This document shows, piece by piece, positions 10,708 to 18,917 of a stretch of 46,824 bases of DNA; position 1 is the first letter of the stretch, and every line of letters begins with the position of its first letter. The stretch lies in the IMG/VR virus record IMGVR_UViG_2541047840_000001. The stretch is one strand, 5' to 3'. A program made the translations under genes and the position numbers. The stretch is from a virus (Duplodnaviria; Heunggongvirae; Uroviricota; Caudoviricetes). The notes under the pieces are model-generated. The model was not told the origin of the DNA. It saw only the letters and a list, made by a program, of their open reading frames with translations, and made no database searches.

Positions 10708-10780
10708 GGAATATCTGCGCCGTTCTGGTTTTTCTGTAATGCGCCAGAAGCCTGATTTACCGTTTCCTGTAAACCGAGGT
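10708..10780. repeat. 73-bp perfect inverted repeat, right copy (IRR)
   Basis: Exact reverse complement of 7726-7798. Confidence 0.85.
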
Positions 10781-10789
10781 TTTTGCGAA
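10764..10789. other. gix/hix-like recombination site (right crossover site)
   Basis: TTCCTGTAAACC-GA-GGTTTTTGCGAA, strong match to recalled gix/hix sites; central dinucleotide is inverted relative to left site. Confidence 0.65.
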
Positions 10790-10853
10790 TTGCCTCTGTG
10801 TCGTCTGAACGATATTTTTTTCCGCTTTTAGCAACAATCGCGGTTTAGAAAGT

Positions 10854-11408
10854 ATGCAATATGGTTATGCGAGGGTGTCAACTTTTGACCAGAATTTGGA
10901 ATTACAACTGGAGGCGCTCAGGAGTTCAGGATGTGACCAGATTTTTGAAGATAAAATATCCGGTGCTAAATCAAAACGACCAGGACTTGATAAGCTACTT
11001 AAGGTGTTACGGCCGGGCGATACGGTTATTGTCTGGAAGCTGGACCGAATGGGGCGTTCTCTGATTCATCTTGTTGATTTACTTAACCATTTTTTATCAA
11101 ACAACATTGAGTTTATTTCGATTACGGAAGGGATAAAAATTAGCACTTCAATTGGCCGCTTTGCCTACACGATGCTGAGTGCAGTCGCAGAGATGGAGCG
11201 GGAAAATATGATTGAAAGAACGCGTGCAGGATTGGCGGTGGCAAGGGCTAACGGCAGGATAGGAGGACGCCGCTCAAAATTGGCACCAGAGCAATGGGAA
11301 CAGATCGGAAGGCTTATTGCGAATGGTGTTTCACGTAAGCGGATAGCGATTATCTTCGATGTTACCTTATCCACGCTTTACCGCAGGTTTCCGGCTGGGA
11401 ATCATTGA
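10854..11408 (+). CDS. Serine recombinase, DNA invertase (Gin/Hin/Cin/Pin family)
   Basis: 184 aa; N-terminal YARVSTxxQ catalytic-serine motif and C-terminal HTH; sits next to a gix-like site. Confidence 0.9.
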   Translation: MQYGYARVSTFDQNLELQLEALRSSGCDQIFEDKISGAKSKRPGLDKLLKVLRPGDTVIVWKLDRMGRSLIHLVDLLNHFLSNNIEFISITEGIKISTSIGRFAYTMLSAVAEMERENMIERTRAGLAVARANGRIGGRRSKLAPEQWEQIGRLIANGVSRKRIAIIFDVTLSTLYRRFPAGNH

Positions 11409-11591
11409 CTGGAGTTAGGCCAGTAGTATGATGCTCGCAAAACGAGATCCAATTTAGATCCTTTTACTGGTGGATTATCGTTCGATCAGTGAGAGACTTC
11501 GTGCATGACCGAAAGTGTTGTGGTAGAGTTCTCTGAAAACCACGTAACGTGGTTATGATTGTGGGTGTCTGGTTGGAAAATGACCAGATAT

Positions 11592-11710
11592 GGAAACAAA
11601 AAGCCCGCAGATAAATCTGCGGGCTTCTTGCGACATCCACGGAAAACCAACAAAAACAATCCATGGGCGCCTCAACAAATCCCATTATACGTTGGTTTTC
11701 CGTGGACGCA
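11592..11710 (-). ncRNA. Candidate CopA-like antisense RNA in repA leader (prediction)
   Basis: Minus-strand intrinsic terminator (stem 11601-11626 followed by TTTTGTTTCC on minus strand) plus a 15-bp perfect inverted repeat (11637-11651 / 11691-11705) in the leader just upstream of repA ATG. Confidence 0.3.
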
Positions 11711-11721
11711 AGAGCGAACAT

Positions 11722-12570
11722 ATGGATAGACCAATGCCGTCTCTACGTTCAGCTTACGTTTGTAATTTGTCGCCGGAGTTCCAGCCTCCAAAGCACCATA
11801 CGCACAAGCTGCCGCTAGTGTTATCTGATGCTTTACAGCGCATTAATGGTCGTGATCTTACGTGTGAGGTTGCGTTCTACGTTAATCAGCCGTCAGAGCG
11901 GAAGCGCCGGATAAACGAGCATCGTCGTCGGGCGATTAATGCTGTGATTGCTGCGATTTTGCACCATGTAAACATCATTTCTAAGCGGGTTCTGGCCAGT
12001 GCTGAGGCGTTGGCTGATTTTTGCGGCCTGTCTACCGTATCCGAAGCTGGGAACAAGTCTATAACACGCTGTACAAGGGCGTTGTCGCAACTGAAAGCGT
12101 TAGGTTTTATTGATTATGAACGTCGCTGGGATCGGGTGAATAAACAGTATTGGCCAGCGAAAATAGAGATTCGTGATCAACTGCTGGAAACCGTTGGTAT
12201 TACTGAACAAGCATGGAGACGTGCGGTTAGCCAGAAACTTAATTACTTCAATGCGAAGAATAGCGAACGGCTTAAAAAAGCGATAACGGAGGCTGATTAT
12301 AAGCGTATTGTTATTCAGGAGCAGATGGAGAATGTATGGCGTCAGAGGAAGACAGCCAGAGAGATAAAGGCAAAACAGAAAGCAGCGGAGAGAGCTGCGC
12401 GTCTTGTTCAGGAAAAGGGAGAGGCCGAACTTCGTCATCAAATCACTAGAGAGGTTAGCCAGGAATTTGCTGATGGCATGTATCCTGGTGCTGACCTTGC
12501 ATATTTACGATCCCTCGTTGAGCAGCGTTATAACAGGTTAAGAAAGACCTGGAAATCACTCCAACATTAA
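11722..12570 (+). CDS. repA: Plasmid replication initiator RepA (IncFII RepA1-like)
   Basis: Translation contains SITRCTRALSQLKALGFIDYE, resembling IncFII RepA1 as recalled from memory; probable ATG at 11722 (track ORF begins 11590). Confidence 0.8.
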   Translation: MDRPMPSLRSAYVCNLSPEFQPPKHHTHKLPLVLSDALQRINGRDLTCEVAFYVNQPSERKRRINEHRRRAINAVIAAILHHVNIISKRVLASAEALADFCGLSTVSEAGNKSITRCTRALSQLKALGFIDYERRWDRVNKQYWPAKIEIRDQLLETVGITEQAWRRAVSQKLNYFNAKNSERLKKAITEADYKRIVIQEQMENVWRQRKTAREIKAKQKAAERAARLVQEKGEAELRHQITREVSQEFADGMYPGADLAYLRSLVEQRYNRLRKTWKSLQH

Positions 12571-12599
12571 CCCACCTGAATGATGAATCCGGTTTTACC

Positions 12600-12850
12600 G
12601 GAGGATTATCTACGTCGCAATAAAATATCTGTTCAAAAAACAATCTAAATTAATTTTCTCTAAACCTGAACACAGCAAAAATATCGCCTTCACAGGCATC
12701 GGCTAATAAAGTTATCCACAGTTTTGATATGTATATGCAAATGGTTTTTTATAATAGATGCACTAAACAAATAAATGCAAAATCACTTTCTTTTATTAAG
12801 ACTTTCTTTATTTAACTTACGCAGGCTTTGCCTGTGAATATGTTCGCCCT
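12600..12850. other. Putative plasmid origin region (AT-rich, DnaA box TTATCCACA at 12712-12720)
   Basis: Perfect DnaA-box 9-mer plus AT-rich tract directly downstream of repA, as in IncFII oriR. Confidence 0.5.
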
Positions 12851-13213
12851 TGCAGCGAGCTAAAGCTCGCGCCGGTTCGAGTCGCTACGCTCAAATATAC
12901 CTCCTCCGGCACTTGCCGGAGGCATGGAGCAGCCTGATCATCCTTTTCGAAACGGCACGTTTCGAACTATACAAAATCAATTTATATAAGGCCGAAATAA
13001 GGCCTACGGCCGGGCTTTGCAGGAGGAAGGGGCGAGCCTTATCAATAAACGTCGATAAATACGCACACAGTAGCCATCAGAACGCGATAAAACGTAAGAA
13101 ACATCATTTCCTATTAGACATAGAAAACTTGTCTTATACGCAATGTAGTAAATTTCTATTGCCACATAGGAAAAGATTTCCTACCATCGTAGATATAATA
13201 AATGGAGATGGTT

Positions 13214-13501
13214 ATGGATAAAGATACTGTTTTAAAAATGTTGAATCCGGCTTGTTTAAAAAAAGCGGATGAATGGGAATCTCCTACATGTGGAGAAGTT
13301 CGGGCAGTCATTGGCCTGACTGGAATGAGCGGCTCGCAGTTGGCCAAAAAACTAGGCTTAAAAGATAGTCGCAATGTTCGCAACTGGCAGATGTTAAAGG
13401 AGTCCACATCCAGATCCAGCATTCCGTATGCAGCCTGGGCGCTGCTGTGTTACTTCGCTGGGTTAGGGTTAATCTTCATTGATAACAAAACAGATGTTTG
13501 A
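13214..13501 (+). CDS. Small HTH DNA-binding protein (CII-like / XRE-like, tentative)
   Basis: ATG at 13214 preceded by GGAG; helix-turn-helix-like segment GMSGSQLAKKLGLKDSRNVRNWQ. Confidence 0.5.
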   Translation: MDKDTVLKMLNPACLKKADEWESPTCGEVRAVIGLTGMSGSQLAKKLGLKDSRNVRNWQMLKESTSRSSIPYAAWALLCYFAGLGLIFIDNKTDV

Positions 13502-13524
13502 AACATGCAAATATGAGGTTTGTT

Positions 13525-13788
13525 ATGGAACTTGTACGCAAAACACGCAAAGAGTTCTTGGACCTGTATCGCATGGGAGCTTTCACTTGTGTTGTGGCTA
13601 CCCAGGACGAAGTGACAAAAAGCTGGCGGCTTTTTGCTCTCAATAAAAAAGGGATTGCCGTTTTCATTGAAAAAGCCCGTGGTGGTATCCGCGAATGGGC
13701 GGGATTGAATTATGTGGCTGATTTTTGCGCAGCTATGGGGATTCGTCGCTGGGAAGTCCATATGCCAGGAGTAAAGTCACAAAAATAG
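13525..13788 (+). CDS. Hypothetical protein
   Basis: 87 aa ORF with GAGG RBS, coupled to upstream gene. Confidence 0.45.
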   Translation: MELVRKTRKEFLDLYRMGAFTCVVATQDEVTKSWRLFALNKKGIAVFIEKARGGIREWAGLNYVADFCAAMGIRRWEVHMPGVKSQK

Positions 13789-13985
13789 GGCTTTCGCGTC
13801 GAAAATGAGGCGAAACTGAAAACGAGATTTCATTAACAAATAAGCAACATAAAAAACGGTGGAAAACGCCCAGGAAAACATGATCTTTTGAGCGGATTTT
13901 TTAGATCCGACAATGAACGGTGATCCGGTGGTGCCGATAACGTCCATTATGTTAAATAGCCCCCGTTTTTCTTGAAATTATAACT

Positions 13986-14024
13986 CACAGGTTATATAGT
14001 TAGTGATATAAACTACAGGTTATA
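13986..14024. promoter_or_regulatory. Direct repeats CACAGGTTATA / TACAGGTTATA upstream of the TA operon (putative operator)
   Basis: Two 10-11 bp near-identical repeats 28 bp apart, ending about 10 bp upstream of the toxin start. Confidence 0.35.
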
Positions 14025-14033
14025 GGATTGAGC

Positions 14034-14381
14034 ATGTGGACGGTACTTTTTAGCCAGCGATTTGACGACTGGCTAAATGAGCAAGAAGACGCTCTTCAGG
14101 AAAAGGTTTTGGCTGATTTGAAAAAGCTACAGGTTTACGGACCTGAGTTACCCAGGCCATATGCCGATACCGTAAAAGGTTCTCGGTACAAAAATATGAA
14201 AGAGCTTCGCGTTCAGTTTTCTGGCCGTCCGATAAGAGCCTTTTATGCGTTCGATCCGATTCGCCGGGCCATCGTTCTTTGTGCAGGAGACAAAAGTAAC
14301 GATAAACGGTTTTATGAAAAACTGGTGCGTATAGCTGAGGATGAGTTTGCAGCACATCTGAACACACTGGAGAGCAAGTAA
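14034..14381 (+). CDS. Type II toxin, HigB/RelE-family-like (toxin-first arrangement)
   Basis: About 115 aa, small basic protein; stop overlaps start of a downstream HTH antitoxin-like gene (TAATG). Confidence 0.7.
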   Translation: MWTVLFSQRFDDWLNEQEDALQEKVLADLKKLQVYGPELPRPYADTVKGSRYKNMKELRVQFSGRPIRAFYAFDPIRRAIVLCAGDKSNDKRFYEKLVRIAEDEFAAHLNTLESK

Positions 14382-14680
14382 TGAGAACATTAGATGAGGT
14401 GATTGCCAGCCGTTCACCTGAAAGCCAGGCGCGAATTAAAGAAATGGCAGATGAGATGATTCTTGAGGTCGGCTTGCAGATGATGCGTGAAGAACTCCAG
14501 TTATCACAAAAACAGGTTGCTGAGGCGATGGGTATAAGCCAGCCAGCAGTAACAAAGCTGGAGCAGCGCGGAAATGATTTAAAGCTGGCGACATTAAAGC
14601 GTTACGTTGAAGCTATGGGAGGCAAATTAAGCCTGGATGTTGAGCTTCCTACAGGAAAGCGAGTAGCGTTCCATGTCTAA
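14381..14680 (+). CDS. HTH (XRE-family) antitoxin, HigA-like
   Basis: 99 aa, HTH segment LSQKQVAEAMGISQPAVTKLE; downstream position typical of HigA. Confidence 0.7.
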   Translation: MRTLDEVIASRSPESQARIKEMADEMILEVGLQMMREELQLSQKQVAEAMGISQPAVTKLEQRGNDLKLATLKRYVEAMGGKLSLDVELPTGKRVAFHV

Positions 14681-14688
14681 CATAATGT

Positions 14689-14707
14689 AAGGCCCCATTG
14701 GGGCCTT
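14689..14707. terminator. Bidirectional terminator-like hairpin between convergent genes
   Basis: AAGGCCCC-ATT-GGGGCCTT. Confidence 0.55.
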
Positions 14708-14713
14708 ACTTAT

Positions 14714-14998
14714 TTACTTTCCATTTTTGCGGTTTTTTTCGGACTTCATAAGCTGGCTAACGCGCCCTGGTGTGATATTTAACATGCGGCTTACTTCAGC
14801 TTGTGATCCTACTTCCTCTACTAGCGATGCAACATAGCGAGATTTTCCTGAGGAGGTTAATCCATTATATGTTGCTCGTACGACTTTTCCCTGAGCTTCT
14901 CTCATATCAACTAATGCCTGAGCAACCTGCTCAAAACCTTTAATTGTTACTTCTGTTAATGCTCGAATAGCATCAATTTCAGATTTTTGTTTAGCCAT
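14714..14998 (-). CDS. Putative DNA-binding regulator (C-terminal HTH)
   Basis: ATG at 14998 with GAGGTG RBS; C-terminal EVSRMLNITPGRVSQLMKS HTH-like segment. Confidence 0.55.
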   Translation of the reverse strand: MAKQKSEIDAIRALTEVTIKGFEQVAQALVDMREAQGKVVRATYNGLTSSGKSRYVASLVEEVGSQAEVSRMLNITPGRVSQLMKSEKNRKNGK

Positions 14999-15045
14999 TT
15001 GGCACCTCAAATTGTTTAAAATGTGTTAATTACAAAATTCAGCCG

Positions 15046-15064
15046 ATACCATGTTCAATGGTAT
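15046..15064. promoter_or_regulatory. Perfect palindrome ATACCAT-GTTCA-ATGGTAT upstream of regulator gene (putative operator)
   Basis: 7-bp perfect inverted arms with 5-bp spacer, about 50 bp upstream of the start of 14714..14998. Confidence 0.4.
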
Positions 15065-15156
15065 AGCATTGCTGAAATGTCTTTTTCAAGACCTTGCCAA
15101 TAAGCTAAACAAAAATGTTTAATGCTTCGCCTAAAAAAACACCAGTTACTATTATT

Positions 15157-15258
15157 TATATAATTATAGATTTATATAAAAAGCGCTTTACAGGTGGGAA
15201 AAAATTTCCTAAGGTTATACCCGAAACCGAGCGATACCCGCCCTGGTTAAACCGGAGA
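15157..15258 (+). repeat. 102-bp regulatory module, copy A (AT-rich promoter-like box + conserved leader + GGAGA RBS)
   Basis: Identical to 24097-24198 except one mismatch (C at 15184 vs T at 24124); ends 7 nt before ATG of 15266. Confidence 0.85.
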
Positions 15259-15265
15259 TAACCCG

Positions 15266-15646
15266 ATGAGCATGATTAAAATCCGCAAAAACGCTTTCCT
15301 TAAAATTCAAACTATCCTGGCTGGTTCTGTTGGCGTGATTTGCCGTTCTTCCTCAAGCCGCATCGATGACGGCTACGATGATGAGTATCGTGTGTCCTCA
15401 TGCGATGAGGCTTTAACCTGGCTGAAGGAGAATCAGGAACGTGCCCAGGTATATCTGGAAACAGAGAACGGCAATCAGATGCTGCGTATTAGCGGTCGTT
15501 ATGGATTTGAAACTACATTCATGGCCTATTTTAATCAGGCTTACTTTGACAAGGAGTTGGCTTGGTACACTGATCGCATGAGCAAAAGCGAGCCAGCCCC
15601 GATTACACCGCCGAACAATAAACCATTTTTATTCCTCGTTAAGTAA
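15266..15646 (+). CDS. Hypothetical protein (126 aa)
   Basis: ORF with GGAGA RBS 7 nt upstream; no recognisable family. Confidence 0.55.
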   Translation: MSMIKIRKNAFLKIQTILAGSVGVICRSSSSRIDDGYDDEYRVSSCDEALTWLKENQERAQVYLETENGNQMLRISGRYGFETTFMAYFNQAYFDKELAWYTDRMSKSEPAPITPPNNKPFLFLVK

Positions 15647-15656
15647 ACACAATGCG

Positions 15657-15679
15657 CAAAGTGTCATTTTGACACTTTG
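15657..15679. promoter_or_regulatory. Perfect palindrome CAAAGTGTCA-TTT-TGACACTTTG between two genes
   Basis: 10-bp perfect arms; lies between the stop at 15646 and the next ATG at 15710. Confidence 0.4.
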
Positions 15680-15709
15680 CGAGTGTTAATATTGTGCGAG
15701 GAGGGTGCT

Positions 15710-15982
15710 ATGACGGGTTATGAATTGAAATTATGGCGTCGTGGGATGAACTGGACGCAGGAGCGAGCCGCCGAAGAATTTGGGATATCGTTGGCTACAT
15801 ATAAGCGATATGAGAAGGGGGAGCCGCCGAGGGTCATTGAGATGGCCATTCGCGTTCTGTCGTTTGACGATATGGTGAAGGATCTTTCACACCTTGATAA
15901 AGACGCGATTCTGTTAAGGCTGCAAACCCTTGTATGGGAAAAGGTTAAAGTGTCGTCAGAATTGGAACAAGGGATCAAATGA
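15710..15982 (+). CDS. HTH XRE-family-like transcriptional regulator
   Basis: ATG at 15710 after GAGGAGGG RBS; segment MNWTQERAAEEFGISLATYKRYEKG is HTH-like. Confidence 0.55.
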   Translation: MTGYELKLWRRGMNWTQERAAEEFGISLATYKRYEKGEPPRVIEMAIRVLSFDDMVKDLSHLDKDAILLRLQTLVWEKVKVSSELEQGIK

Positions 15983-16034
15983 TCCTTTACGGATCGTTTT
16001 ATGGTGGTGTAATGTAAGCGCCAGAAAGACAAAA

Positions 16035-16055
16035 ACCGCCTTGCCGGGCGGTTTT
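16035..16055. terminator. Terminator-like hairpin
   Basis: ACCGCC-TTGCCG-GGCGGT followed by TTTT; A-run on the other side. Confidence 0.5.
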
Positions 16056-16592
16056 CAGTCTGAAATTTAAATCTTGCTTGATAGGCTGGATTTAAAAAGA
16101 CACCTCTTGATTGGGGCGGCTTTCTTGCGTCTAAAGATAATCAAATCTTTTTGCGCCTGCAACCCCTTTTTTACTGGTGCCCATTTCAGACTCACGCTCG
16201 CGTCGTTGTCTTTGCCACTTCGTTGGGTTCGGTGTTTTTGGGCGAAGTGGCGCGCGGGTATGCGTACAAGGGGAAAGTGTGCTGACGCAAGCCAGGAACA
16301 GCGATCTAAACTAAGTCGAGTCTGAGAAAGGCAGGAGTGCGACAACTCGCCTGTGCTCTATGAGCAGAAGAAGGTATATCAGACGACCAATGGCATGATT
16401 GTGGGCCACAGGGCGCACACGGCGGCGAAGCATTGGAAACGATGTGGAGCTATCTGGTGGCATGAGTTCCGGTACTCGATCTCGAGCTTTTTTTGATGCT
16501 TTTGAGAAGGGGCCGGAACTCCGGTAAAGGGCACCCTGTATGGGGGGAGGGGGGGTTGTGTCTGAAGGGTGGTTATCAGTTATGGTGGAATT

Positions 16593-16781
16593 ATGATGCG
16601 TAGAAAAGCGAGTTTGCTGCAAGCTATTGGGTCCATTATTTCTTTGTTTCCGGCAGTTGATCATTTTCGTCATATGGCGACACGTTCCAGTATGGGCTTG
16701 GCGTGTGACGCTGACGCTATTCGAAAGGATTTTCAGAAAGTCTCTGGCGTTGATAAGAGAGAAAAGAGTAAGGGGCCGTAG
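16593..16781 (+). CDS. Small hypothetical protein (about 62 aa)
   Basis: ATGATG start after GGTGGA; converges on antirepressor gene and shares a hairpin at 16770-16787. Confidence 0.3.
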   Translation: MMRRKASLLQAIGSIISLFPAVDHFRHMATRSSMGLACDADAIRKDFQKVSGVDKREKSKGP

Positions 16782-16791
16782 CCCCTTGTAG

Positions 16792-17973
16792 TTATGGTCT
16801 GCTTTTCTGTGCCAGCTTATCAGCACATGTTTTTATCAGATCCTGTAGTGTCTTGGCTGGCAGGTTTGCATCCAGTACGCTGAGTATGCTGTTGTGATCA
16901 GCTTGGTCGACTACTTTGCCTGTCGGTGGTAGTAGCTTGAGCTGAGGATTCAGGTTTTCGTCAAAGCTGATAAGTGCTCTGGCGTTTCTGAGCAGATCAA
17001 GAAGTAAGGCTGATATCACATTTTCCTGAGTCATTGCTGGCAGATTTAGCGCCGCTTTGGTTTTCCCTGTTGCCTTGTCAAACTCCTTGATTAGTTCCTT
17101 CCTGTAGTTCGGTTCCGTTAATAGCCGATTATGCTCTGTTGCCGCGCGGATAATCGTTTTTTCTTGGTACAGTCGTTTAGCCAGATCACGCTCGTACTGT
17201 GTTTTTAACACGCTGCTGATAGCGTTAAAGGCTTCAATGTAGGCCAGCTTGATATCTTTCACGCTTGGACCGTCGATGCTCTCCATGAGCAAGGTAAATC
17301 CGTCTTTTGTCATGCGATAGATTGTTATTTCGCGGTCGCTTCCTTCCAACGGTCGTTGCTCTTTAAAAAAATGACGCGCCGCAGCTGTGCGAGGAATGCG
17401 TAACGCATCGATGGCCATAACGATGGAATTGTTTGTGGTGCTGAATGCCTGGGCAACATCGGCTGAGGTTGTGAGTGGCTCGTTATTGCACACCTTAATG
17501 TAAAACATCGGTTTGGCGTTGAGCGTATCGACAACCTCACGAGCATTGCTTGGCGAGACGGTAACGGTCGCGGCCGTTTGTGCGTTCTGGTTGAAATAGC
17601 AGTCTTCCAGCCGTTCGAACACATCCCACGCTTGGTTAGTTTCAAGCATTTTAGCGTGACGTGCAGCCCCGCGTTCTGTCCAGAGGATGAGGGAGCGAAC
17701 TTTCGGGGGAATTTGTAACCCTCTTAAAGATGGTTCGTTAACTACTCTCACAGGAACTCTTAAAGAGTTTTTGTTCTTCAACTCTCGTAACTCTTTACCT
17801 TCTATCCTAAAAAAGTGTTTACCTTCTATAAAACGTTCCTTGTTTCTATTGAAATTGTTTGTCAGACGTTGGCGCTCGGTTCCATACAATTGCGCCAGTA
17901 GTTCAGTAGTGATAACGGGGAGCTGGTTATGCAGGATAGGCTGTAGGGTGTTAACGGTCGGAAGCGTTTTCAT
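16792..17973 (-). CDS. Phage antirepressor-like regulatory protein (ORF6N / Rha-like domains)
   Basis: 393 aa; N-terminal segment ending FIEGKHFF and a central Rha-like segment; calls are from recalled domain patterns. Confidence 0.65.
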   Translation of the reverse strand: MKTLPTVNTLQPILHNQLPVITTELLAQLYGTERQRLTNNFNRNKERFIEGKHFFRIEGKELRELKNKNSLRVPVRVVNEPSLRGLQIPPKVRSLILWTERGAARHAKMLETNQAWDVFERLEDCYFNQNAQTAATVTVSPSNAREVVDTLNAKPMFYIKVCNNEPLTTSADVAQAFSTTNNSIVMAIDALRIPRTAAARHFFKEQRPLEGSDREITIYRMTKDGFTLLMESIDGPSVKDIKLAYIEAFNAISSVLKTQYERDLAKRLYQEKTIIRAATEHNRLLTEPNYRKELIKEFDKATGKTKAALNLPAMTQENVISALLLDLLRNARALISFDENLNPQLKLLPPTGKVVDQADHNSILSVLDANLPAKTLQDLIKTCADKLAQKSRP

Positions 17974-18161
17974 TTTGCACCTCCCATAACTACTTTGGTT
18001 ACGAGGGAGATTTTTGCGTCAGAAACAGCGTTATCGTTGCTGGCGATGCGCATAGCTTCGCGCTCGATGATTTCAGCCAGGCGGAGTTTATCGGCGTATG
18101 AGGCTTTCTTGAGAAGGATCTTTACGAGGTTGACGTAATAGTCATGGGGTAAGTTTGTCAT
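17970..18161 (-). CDS. Small protein overlapping antirepressor start (icd-like position)
   Basis: 63 aa ORF whose stop overlaps the antirepressor start codon. Confidence 0.4.
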   Translation of the reverse strand: MTNLPHDYYVNLVKILLKKASYADKLRLAEIIEREAMRIASNDNAVSDAKISLVTKVVMGGAK

Positions 18162-18917
18162 GGTGATAGTTCCCTTAAAGGTTAAGGATACTCACCACCG
18201 TCTGGTTCCAATCATTGGGTGGTGAGACGTACAGGGTTGGAACTACCGGTCACCATGGAATCCGGCGAGTCTTACGACTCCCCCGCACGCCCCACCATAA
18301 TTTGGGTGTAGCAGTGCTTTACGCATAAAAAAACCGCTAACGCGGTATGCGCCATGATGATTATCGGGGTTCCAATCCCGGTCGTAGATTTTGCTACGGC
18401 TCGGAAAGTGTCCACCAATGGCGCATTCATGTCAATACGGCGGGATTTTAACAGAGACAACCACATAGCGTGGGTTTATTGGTAGGCAGAAACAAAAAAA
18501 CCGCCCTATTGAGGACGGTTCTTTCGTGCTGATCGGATTCGCGGTCCTTTCAGCATTACGTTGTTGTATAAACAACCACGCAAGCACAAGCAGCAAGTTA
18601 ATTTTACCCAAAAGGTAATAATAGTCCACTATTATGCTTCATAAAATTGTGGTTCTTGTTGTGCCTGCAAACTCACAGATTGTGGGTAGGTTACTGATTT
18701 TGTGAAAATAAACTGGTTTTTTCGTTTAATTTATTTCCTATTACTAATCTTAAAATAATCGTAAAATACCTGTGGACCTTCCCGCCGATTCGCACCCGGG
18801 CACCGACTTTAGGGGAGGATTTCCTGTTGCCGTACATGCAAGCACAAGCAGCCGTGCTTGCTCTCGCGTTGTTTTCGTCGGTGGGGATGCCGTGAAACGG
18901 CCTGTAAGGGCCATACA

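Larger units (their letters stand above)
7731..10776. other. Invertible DNA segment (Mu G-segment / P1 C-segment-like) carrying two alternative fibre C-termini and two fibre-assembly genes
   Basis: Flanked by inverted gix-like sites; contains Sv + Tfa on plus strand and Tfa' + Sv' on minus strand; invertase gene immediately adjacent. Confidence 0.75.

Noticed and set aside
10854-11408. Possibility that the serine recombinase is an integrase marking an integrated prophage
   Set aside because: At 184 aa with an N-terminal catalytic domain and C-terminal HTH it is the size of Gin/Hin-type invertases and sits next to gix-like sites; large serine integrases are much longer.
11590-11721. Upstream extension of the repA ORF from the track start at 11590
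   Set aside because: The extension covers the leader hairpins and terminator. ATG at 11722 gives a protein of typical RepA1 length, so the extension is treated as leader, not coding.
12850-13221. 123-aa ORF on the plus strand
   Set aside because: Spans the hairpin cluster downstream of the origin and runs into the start of the next gene; no RBS; better explained as structured non-coding DNA.
16311-16826. 171-aa ORF on the minus strand (and overlapping 16067-16345 / 16074-16325 ORFs)
   Set aside because: Runs through a terminator hairpin and the G-tract, overlaps the antirepressor stop, and has no RBS; low-complexity translation. Treated as non-coding, with the small plus-strand ORF 16593-16781 kept at low confidence.
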